DNA from: a virus
Virus record (IMG/VR): IMGVR_UViG_3300049489_000444
Coordinates: 23,108 to 87,107 of that record
DNA length: 64,000 bases
Reading direction: 5' to 3' (one strand)
Shown here piece by piece: positions 28,914 through 35,918 of this stretch. Every line of letters begins with the position of its first letter. The first letter of the stretch is position 1. The notes below the pieces were generated by a model. It made no database searches, was not told the DNA's origin, and saw only the letters and a list, made by a program, of their open reading frames with translations. Both the position numbers and the translations under genes were made by a program.

Positions 28914-29403
28914 CAGAGATCACGGGGATCACCGGCTCGCCCTCAGCATCCTGGGATGCCACCTCATGGGGGCGGAACGCGTCACCCAGGACACCGCCAC
29001 TGACGACGGTGACATCCCGGAGGCGGACGGCACCCTTGACCGGGGTCTTGGGGAGGGTCTTGAGTTCCGCGTTGAAGCGCGCGGTGGCCTCTTTGACCCC
29101 GTTGACTTCCATGAGGGCCTCTTCGGCCTTCTCGTCCATGGCGGCGGCGTCACGCATGGCGCCGAGCAGGATCTCAATGGCGAGATCCCGCTGAAGCCCG
29201 CTGCGCTGGATGAACAGGCCGATGGCGGCCTTGGTCAGGCCGCGCGAGGTCGGGGTCTTCTCTGTATCGACGCCGCGGCAGCACACGCCGGACACCCGGA
29301 CCACGAAATCAAACGGGTGGTTTCCGGGGGCCACGTCGGATTCCGGCAGCTTGCTGCCGACCTTAGAGAGAACCAGCGACTCGATGGCTGAGAGGTTGAT
29401 CAT
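28906..29403 (-). CDS. Hypothetical protein, first gene of the leftward arm
   Basis: 165 aa, AAGGAG RBS, GC-rich codon usage like its neighbours. Confidence 0.75.
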   Translation of the reverse strand: MINLSAIESLVLSKVGSKLPESDVAPGNHPFDFVVRVSGVCCRGVDTEKTPTSRGLTKAAIGLFIQRSGLQRDLAIEILLGAMRDAAAMDEKAEEALMEVNGVKEATARFNAELKTLPKTPVKGAVRLRDVTVVSGGVLGDAFRPHEVASQDAEGEPVIPVISVG

Positions 29404-29465
29404 TGGGTGCTCCTTGGCGGGGTGCGGCCCGCGTCCGTTTTTCATTGATGCAGTTCGTAAGGTGG

Positions 29466-29494
29466 ATAATACATGACCTACGCCCGGCTGTCAA
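29466..29494 (-). promoter_or_regulatory. Sigma70-type promoter P4
   Basis: TTGACA-17 nt-TATTAT, close to consensus. Confidence 0.8.
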
Positions 29495-29551
29495 CTGTTT
29501 TCTGCCTAGACAGATCAACGCAGATCTATTGAGGTTTTTCGTTGAAACCGC

Positions 29552-29580
29552 TTGCGTCATGTATATCCTGATGCTATACA
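29552..29580 (+). promoter_or_regulatory. Divergent sigma70-type promoter P5 with operator variant
   Basis: TTGCGT-17 nt-TATACA. GTATATCC-TGA-TGCTATAC at 29561-29579 matches the P1 operator at 7/8 positions in each arm. Confidence 0.7.
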
Positions 29581-29619
29581 CGGGTAAGTGGTTGTTTTTC
29601 CCGGACAACAGAGGCCAAC

Positions 29620-30765
29620 ATGTCGCGCACACATCATACTGTGGAACTGACCATCCCCTATAGGACCAAACCGGACCTGCGGACCCTACGGGGACCGATC
29701 AACAAGGCGGTCAAATCGAGTGTAGACCGAGACCGCTGGCACTACGACGGTCGGCGCATCGAAATCTCCGACCTCGACGGAAGTCTAAAACTGCGCCTCC
29801 GTTTCGAGCCGACCGCGCGGGCATCGGTCGCCGACCGCGCCAAGCTCGCCCGGAGTGTCCGCCGGGCGGTCGCATCCATCGCCATAGACCAGCCTGGATC
29901 GACGGAACCTCAACCGACGGAACCTCAACCGACGGAACCTCAACCGACGGAACCTCAACCGACGGAATTGATGCCATCACCAGAGCCAGAGCCAGAGCCA
30001 GCGCCAGATATGTCACCGCCGCCGATAAACGTCGAGCGTGGCACCAATTTCGATCATATCTATGACCGTAGCGCTCAGGTCTCAATCCTCCTGTCGGCTA
30101 TCCGTGCTGCCGTCGAGTCCGATTTCCAAGTGCGATTCCATACGATTCTATTTGGCCCGCCAGGATGCGGCAAAACGGAAATTTTGCGGTCAGCTATCGC
30201 GATGCTCGGTCCATCACACGTCCTGCTCCTAGACGGACCTAGCACCACCAAAGCAGGTGCCGAGCAACTCCTGATGGGTGTGAAACGCATTCAACCGTTT
30301 GTCCTCATCGAGGAAATCGAGAAGATGCACCCAGCGCATATGCAATGGTTACTGGGGCTACTGGACGAGCGCGGCGAGGTTCGACGCACCAACGCACGGG
30401 ACGGACACGTGCAGCGCGACGCCAGGATGCTGTGCATCGCGACGGTGAACGACATGCTGAGGTTTCGTGCTCTGATGTTCGGAGCGCTAAGCAGTCGTTT
30501 CTCACATGAGATTTATTGTCCGCGCCCGGACACTGATGTCCTTAGCAAGATCGCACACCGCGAAGTCGCCCGTATCGGCGGCAACCCGTTTTGGGTTAAC
30601 GCCGCGGTCAATTATTGCGTGCACGTCGAGGGCACGTACGACCCACGCCGCGTTGTCAGCGTCTGTCTCAGCGGTCGTGATGCGCTGCTGGATGGGACCT
30701 ACCAGAGAGCCCTCCTGCATAACCGCATGCTGCAGCAACAAGCAGCCAACAACGAGAAGAAGTGA
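29620..30765 (+). CDS. AAA+ ATPase (RuvB/RarA-like core) with N-terminal domain and Pro/Glu linker
   Basis: FDHIY, HTILFGPPGCGKT Walker A, VLIEEIEK Walker B, IATVN sensor, LSSRF Arg finger. Confidence 0.8.
   Translation: MSRTHHTVELTIPYRTKPDLRTLRGPINKAVKSSVDRDRWHYDGRRIEISDLDGSLKLRLRFEPTARASVADRAKLARSVRRAVASIAIDQPGSTEPQPTEPQPTEPQPTEPQPTELMPSPEPEPEPAPDMSPPPINVERGTNFDHIYDRSAQVSILLSAIRAAVESDFQVRFHTILFGPPGCGKTEILRSAIAMLGPSHVLLLDGPSTTKAGAEQLLMGVKRIQPFVLIEEIEKMHPAHMQWLLGLLDERGEVRRTNARDGHVQRDARMLCIATVNDMLRFRALMFGALSSRFSHEIYCPRPDTDVLSKIAHREVARIGGNPFWVNAAVNYCVHVEGTYDPRRVVSVCLSGRDALLDGTYQRALLHNRMLQQQAANNEKK
29900..29967 (+). repeat. 15-bp coding tandem repeat (TEPQP)
   Basis: CGACGGAACCTCAAC in 4 perfect copies plus a partial one, followed by CCAGAG x3. 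Confidence 0.95.
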
Positions 30766-30772
30766 GGATACC

Positions 30773-31066
30773 ATGGCCAAGAAACGATCCGACGCCGCAA
30801 CAAAGCATCCAGCACTTCGTCATATCGAGGACCACGGTATCACCCGCGCTGAGGCTGCTGAGATGCTGGGCATCCCAGACAAACAGGCCTACCTGAATCT
30901 TGTCCTTGATCGATGGCGTGGTACATCCAAGGTGTACGCGCGTTTGTTTCATGAGGTGTTTGGCATCCCGTATGAGGAGTTATTTGACATCCCAGTAAGG
31001 TTGGACGCCAAAACATTCAAGCGACAACAGAACAAACAGAAGCAACAGAAACGAGGTCAAAAATGA
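30773..31066 (+). CDS. Cro/CI-type HTH transcriptional regulator
   Basis: 97 aa: HGITRAEAAEMLGI...YLNLV...FHEVFGIPYEELF with a basic tail; GAGGA RBS. Confidence 0.7.
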   Translation: MAKKRSDAATKHPALRHIEDHGITRAEAAEMLGIPDKQAYLNLVLDRWRGTSKVYARLFHEVFGIPYEELFDIPVRLDAKTFKRQQNKQKQQKRGQK

Positions 31067-31770
31067 AACCGGCCGATATCCTAGATCAAGCAGCCAACGC
31101 GCTCGAGGAACAGGCCCATGTGGCAAACTTCGGCTACGTCGAGGCGTCCAGCCTATCCCGATTGCTGAACATGGTCGGAACGCCGGAGAACAAGACTGAC
31201 CCGACGACCAACAAGAAGATGATCGATTTCAATGTTGGCCGGGCTTTCGCGATCCTGACGGCGTGGAAGGACGTTCTTGACGACAAGCCTCTGAGCGAGA
31301 AGCAGAACTGGGCTCGTAATCGGTTGCTCCTTAATGAGTTGAACGCCAAGAAGATGGGCGCCTACAAGCTCATCGGTTTCTTCCAGAACCCGCCAGAGGG
31401 CATGACCTACGACGAGGCGCGGGACCAAGGCAAGCTGCTGCCGGCATCCCGCGAAGAATCGTTCTTCGTGACCAAGCCGAAGGATATGGAGTTTGATGAG
31501 TTTGAAAACATCATTGGCGGTCTGGCTAACAAGTACGACCAATGGGCCTACCTGATCAGCAACGGCAAGGAGGTCTTCGAGGTCAGCAAGGCGGCCAGGA
31601 AATCGCTCGGTAACCGCTTGGTTATGCCGAAGATCCAACAGGCATACTCACGGATGCGCGGTTATGGAGACAAACCGTTCGTGTTCGCTGGTGTTGTGAC
31701 ACCTGACTCTATCGGGCAGATGCGGTATTTCCAGCATATCGGCCTGAATTGGATCCCGAGGATCAAATGA
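31063..31770 (+). CDS. SAM-lyase (T3 SAMase)/DUF3293-like protein, paralog 1
   Basis: Motifs in order: FAILTAWK, QNWARNRLL, LIGFFQ, REESFFV, KYDQWAYL. Confidence 0.55.
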   Translation: MKPADILDQAANALEEQAHVANFGYVEASSLSRLLNMVGTPENKTDPTTNKKMIDFNVGRAFAILTAWKDVLDDKPLSEKQNWARNRLLLNELNAKKMGAYKLIGFFQNPPEGMTYDEARDQGKLLPASREESFFVTKPKDMEFDEFENIIGGLANKYDQWAYLISNGKEVFEVSKAARKSLGNRLVMPKIQQAYSRMRGYGDKPFVFAGVVTPDSIGQMRYFQHIGLNWIPRIK

Positions 31771-32807
31771 GCAGACTCTACAGGTCAGCCCAAGCGCTGC
31801 TGAATCTCGTCGCGGGGGCCATGAAGTTCCGCGATTTCCGCTCACACGGAGGTACATCGAAGATGTGGATCGACCCGAAGAACAGGCCGATCCCTCTTGA
31901 TGGTATGCACTACGAATGGCTGCGTGAGAATGCACCGTTCGTCAGGAAAGCCTACAACCTCCCAGACATGCCGGACTGGGGTTACGACGACGAGGGTAAG
32001 GCCCGCCTGTGGGCTCTCAGCAATGGATTCACAAGAGTCAACTTCAAAAACAATTGGGTGACATTCGAGACCAACGAACGCTTCTGGACCAAGAAACGCC
32101 AGGACGTCATTTCCATGCTTGTCGCCGAGAACTCTGATGACATCGATAATATCGTCGTCAACGTCCTCAACGACTCAGGAAAGTTGATCAAGGACGGCCG
32201 GGCCGACGTCAGCGGCCTAGATGAGGCGGTCGCCAAAGTCGAATCGATTCCGGTTATCCCCGCGAAACAAACAAGATTGATCGCCGAGGTTCTCAGGAGG
32301 GTCCGTGTTGAGGCGTCGAGCCTGACTCGCATCCTGCGCCTCATCGGTAAGCCAGACCAAGACGGTATCGAGGTCCTACGTCCGTTCGGGATTGTCACGG
32401 CGTTCCAGACAGGCGTTTCTTTGGAGGTGAACAACCAGCGCCTAAACCAGATGAGCGAGAAGCTCGGCCGGTCAGGCGTTAAGACGTATCGCCTGCAGGG
32501 CAACTGGTTAGAGCAGGGACTATCGCCCGATGAGGCCAAGAAACCAGTCAAGGTCCGAGAAGACGCGTTGTTCTGTGTAGTCCAATCAGATGACGATATC
32601 GACTTTGAGGCGTTCTCGCAGGCCATCATCCGTCAGGCGGACCGATTCAATCAGGCGGCTGTCATCCTGAGTGATGGAGCGAACATTTGGCTGCGCTTCA
32701 AGGACGGCCATACAAAGGATTTCGGAGACACCGCGGACGTCGCTACACTCCAACAGGCCTATCAGCAGATGCGTGCCCAGCAAGAACACACGTTCACGTT
32801 CGAGTGA
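31767..32807 (+). CDS. Two-domain protein with C-terminal SAM-lyase-like domain, paralog 2
   Basis: FGIVTAFQ, EVNNQRLNQM, LQGNWLE, REDALF, RFNQAAVIL; clearly paralogous to 31063..31770. Confidence 0.55.
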   Translation: MSRLYRSAQALLNLVAGAMKFRDFRSHGGTSKMWIDPKNRPIPLDGMHYEWLRENAPFVRKAYNLPDMPDWGYDDEGKARLWALSNGFTRVNFKNNWVTFETNERFWTKKRQDVISMLVAENSDDIDNIVVNVLNDSGKLIKDGRADVSGLDEAVAKVESIPVIPAKQTRLIAEVLRRVRVEASSLTRILRLIGKPDQDGIEVLRPFGIVTAFQTGVSLEVNNQRLNQMSEKLGRSGVKTYRLQGNWLEQGLSPDEAKKPVKVREDALFCVVQSDDDIDFEAFSQAIIRQADRFNQAAVILSDGANIWLRFKDGHTKDFGDTADVATLQQAYQQMRAQQEHTFTFE

Positions 32808-32811
32808 CGAG

Positions 32812-33573
32812 ATGCACGATACTGCCGCCCTCCTCGACCGTGTCGCGATGGTGATCGAGGCTGATGATGATGATAATGATCCCATCACACTCGACACACC
32901 TGACGGTATCCTGCACGCCGTTCAGTTGTGTGATGATGGGTACCTCAGCGATGGCGAGTGCGCACAGCTTGATGCGGCGCTAAAAACCTATCCGCCGCTG
33001 AAGGTTCGCGCTCTCGACAGAACCGTTGATGATGTCCGTTTCGTCGGAGACAAAATTGTTGAAGGCGATCGCGACACATTCACAGCCTACACGCCCGAGG
33101 AATGGATGAGGTCCACTACAGCGGAGAACATCATCGAGGAGATCGCCGGGAAGATCGAGGAGCGCATCGATCGCGATTACCACGAATCTCCAGGCAAGCT
33201 CTGGCACGCCACCGACGCAGAAAACATCGAATCAATTATGCGTGACGGCCTAAGGGCCGAAAATCAATCACGTGGGCTGACCAACAGGTCGGTCGGGATG
33301 GCAATCTTTACGACCGACGACCGCAGCCTCGTCAGCGATGCCTACGGTGACACCGTGTTGGAGATCGACCTCTCCGGGATGCAGCGTGACGGCATCAGGT
33401 GGGCAGTCTCCCAGGAACCATCTGTCTCCCTGTACGAGGCCGAGAGTGCCTTGGCACATATGCTCGATCTTGATGACTACTCACCAGACAATACCAGCGA
33501 TGGGGCCGATGACCCGTCGACCATCATCCTGTACGTCGCGGTGGTCCCGCCGAAGTACCTACGGGTCGTGTAA
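32812..33573 (+). CDS. ADP-ribosyltransferase-fold protein (Tpt1/KptA C-terminal-like)
   Basis: LWHATDAENIESIMRDGL, AIFTT, VLEID and terminal VPPKYL. Confidence 0.65.
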   Translation: MHDTAALLDRVAMVIEADDDDNDPITLDTPDGILHAVQLCDDGYLSDGECAQLDAALKTYPPLKVRALDRTVDDVRFVGDKIVEGDRDTFTAYTPEEWMRSTTAENIIEEIAGKIEERIDRDYHESPGKLWHATDAENIESIMRDGLRAENQSRGLTNRSVGMAIFTTDDRSLVSDAYGDTVLEIDLSGMQRDGIRWAVSQEPSVSLYEAESALAHMLDLDDYSPDNTSDGADDPSTIILYVAVVPPKYLRVV

Positions 33574-33596
33574 ACAGGCCAAGGTGAGGCCGATCA

Positions 33597-34121
33597 ATGG
33601 ATGAACCGCAGCCGGGCTGGTGGGTCATCATCGAAACGAACTCGTACGCTGGTAATTTCGAGCGAACTATGGGTGCTTGGTGCACCGGGGCCTACGGCGA
33701 GACGCACGGAAAATTCGAGTCTGCCGACTGCTTATCCGAATTAGAGAACACCGGATGGGCTCATATCCCAGACAATGTCGGGTACTGCTGTGGCGGCGAA
33801 CGCGCAATGCGGTGGGCCTTACCAAAGAACCAGAAATCCACAGACGGACTCGACTCGATCTACACAGGAGTCGCGATCCCGTTCAACAAACGACCCAGCC
33901 GCAGTGATGTTCGATTCATGTTGTGGCGTGCGGCCGATTATGCAGAAAAAGTCCGCTCAGGTTACTTCTCCGGTAAGCGCACCATATCTTGTTACGCCCA
34001 GGAAACCCTGCAGGTGACCGGTATACAGGTCAGGCATTTACGTCTAAGTGAGACCATTACAGATCGGATCAAGGTACATGGCGCTGCAGCTAAGTCATCA
34101 AAGAAGAATCCACGCTCCTGA
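33597..34121 (+). CDS. Phage hypothetical protein
   Basis: 174 aa, IIETNSYAGNFER..AWCTG pattern; last gene of the + strand operon. Confidence 0.65.
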   Translation: MDEPQPGWWVIIETNSYAGNFERTMGAWCTGAYGETHGKFESADCLSELENTGWAHIPDNVGYCCGGERAMRWALPKNQKSTDGLDSIYTGVAIPFNKRPSRSDVRFMLWRAADYAEKVRSGYFSGKRTISCYAQETLQVTGIQVRHLRLSETITDRIKVHGAAAKSSKKNPRS

Positions 34122-34156
34122 TTCGTCTTTAATTCTGACGCGTGGGTAATCTTCCA

Positions 34157-34369
34157 TCAGGAATCTTCTCTGGATAACGCCTCCAGCGCCTCCTCCAATA
34201 AATCCCGCTTCATCGAGGATCTGTTGATTTGGAATTGAAGTTCTTTGAGTACAGCTTCCTTCGTAACACCTTGACGCGCGTGCCACGACCAGTGGCCCTG
34301 CTTCCGCATGACGACAACCTCTGGAGCAACGTCCACCATCACATCGGCCAAGTCCACTGTCGCGCTCAT
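34157..34369 (-). CDS. Hypothetical protein
   Basis: 70 aa with an AGGAG upstream. Confidence 0.55.
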   Translation of the reverse strand: MSATVDLADVMVDVAPEVVVMRKQGHWSWHARQGVTKEAVLKELQFQINRSSMKRDLLEEALEALSREDS

Positions 34370-34427
34370 TCATCTCGCCCTTCTCCTAGCCCATACTGAC
34401 CGGTCTCATGCAAATAATAGATCGATC

Positions 34428-34910
34428 TCAGTCTTTGTTCTCAATAGTCTTCTTCAGACTAGCGGCGGCGCGTTCGATTGCGTCCGCGGGCGGTTGGATG
34501 GTCACGATGATACCTGTCGGCTTCTGATAGTGCCGCATGAGCGAATCTTTCAGACTCAGACTTGCAATCCAATACGGTCCCGGATGCTTTGGACGCACGT
34601 AAAGGATACCGTCCTGCAGTTCCTCCTCGTAGGTTCCGGGGAACAGCCGAGTAGGCTCATGGGCCTGCAGGGGATACCGTGGATGGAGGATCAGGACCCC
34701 GCGGTTGGTTCCAGGGAACTGGTCTTTGACGACGTCAACAAGCCAGAACTCGTCATGCTTGGGGAACTCGAGATGCCCCTGCATGGACTGCGACCACGCG
34801 CGGTCAACGATCGCGACCTTCCCGAATGTCCGACTCAGAATGGCGTTCTGTTTGTCGGCTTTCAGGTTGAACTGGAACTTCGCGACCGCCGTACAGACCC
34901 CATCACGCAA
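34428..34910 (-). CDS. Hypothetical protein
   Basis: 3' part of ORF 34428..35090; a TTG start next to the upstream stop avoids a 180-bp overlap. Confidence 0.55.
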   Translation of the reverse strand: MRDGVCTAVAKFQFNLKADKQNAILSRTFGKVAIVDRAWSQSMQGHLEFPKHDEFWLVDVVKDQFPGTNRGVLILHPRYPLQAHEPTRLFPGTYEEELQDGILYVRPKHPGPYWIASLSLKDSLMRHYQKPTGIIVTIQPPADAIERAAASLKKTIENKD

Positions 34911-34911
34911 A

Positions 34912-35910
34912 TTAGCCCGCGAAGGGCTGACGGTATGTGGAGTGTCCGACACTAGCGACAAGTGTCCGCTTGTTGGCTGCGGTTTGTATGGTTGCTTGGA
35001 CACGGAATCTCTTTCCAGGCGTGAATGTGCCATTGGTAATCCTAAGTCGCTTGCGGCGAAGTTGCTGTCCTGATGAGGATTGAAGGACATAGTCTTGGGT
35101 GAAATCGCTGGTCAGCATGCTGGGCAGTACCGTTCCTGAGCCCCAGGTTGCGGAGACATTCCCGTCGGAATCCTCGATGTCCAACGTGATAATCTGACCG
35201 GTCTCTTGCACGTAATCGAACGTGATATTGCGCGGCTGTTCACGTCCGACGATGAACGCCCAGCGAAACCGGTCAATCGTTGGTGTGTTACCGTTGTTGA
35301 CGATCTGCATGATGTGGCCGAACGATGTATGATCGACCGTCTCGACCACAGGAGCCAGTCCGGCCTCGGTGTGTTTGTAGATCATCGACGTGAATGGCGG
35401 CGTCAAGAACGTACCATCAGCGGGACTCGAGAAGGCCTCAATTCTGGCTTTCGGGGCCGGAACAATCATCGTATCTGCGAGCCCGACTCCGCCACCCGGA
35501 TACAGCACGTAACCGAGCACAATACCATCATTGATGTTCTGATTCTGCAGGAGACCGTAATCTAGAGTCAGCGTTGCGGCGTTTCCGCCGAACACGTCAG
35601 AATCCGTGTGCCTGTATACGACCGTATAGTTGGCGGCGGCACTCGTGATAGGAACGACAAGCTGTTTGGGTTCGTCCTCGTGCAGGAGGACTCCTGCCCG
35701 CATCGTGCCTTGTTGGGTGGTACGTGGACTATCAAGAGATATCCAAACAGGCTGAATGACGATCCTGTCAGGCTGTGTTGGCGGTGTTACGGCCGACACG
35801 CCAATCTCACCGCCACTCAGGACGGTCTTGCCTGTCAGGCCGCTGAACATCTCTTTAAATGTGCTCGCTGTGGCAAAGATGCCGAAGTCGAAGTAACGGT
35901 GCTGAGTCAC
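34912..35910 (-). CDS. Putative virion structural protein
   Basis: 332 aa, beta-rich, in the baseplate/fibre operon. Confidence 0.55.
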   Translation of the reverse strand: MTQHRYFDFGIFATASTFKEMFSGLTGKTVLSGGEIGVSAVTPPTQPDRIVIQPVWISLDSPRTTQQGTMRAGVLLHEDEPKQLVVPITSAAANYTVVYRHTDSDVFGGNAATLTLDYGLLQNQNINDGIVLGYVLYPGGGVGLADTMIVPAPKARIEAFSSPADGTFLTPPFTSMIYKHTEAGLAPVVETVDHTSFGHIMQIVNNGNTPTIDRFRWAFIVGREQPRNITFDYVQETGQIITLDIEDSDGNVSATWGSGTVLPSMLTSDFTQDYVLQSSSGQQLRRKRLRITNGTFTPGKRFRVQATIQTAANKRTLVASVGHSTYRQPFAG

Positions 35911-35918
35911 GGATTACC

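Noticed and set aside
29900-29967. Direct repeats as a possible CRISPR array
   Set aside because: Contiguous 15-bp units with no spacers, in frame inside a CDS.
34911-35090. 180-bp overlap suggesting overprinted genes
   Set aside because: An in-frame TTG at 34910 beside the upstream stop removes the overlap.
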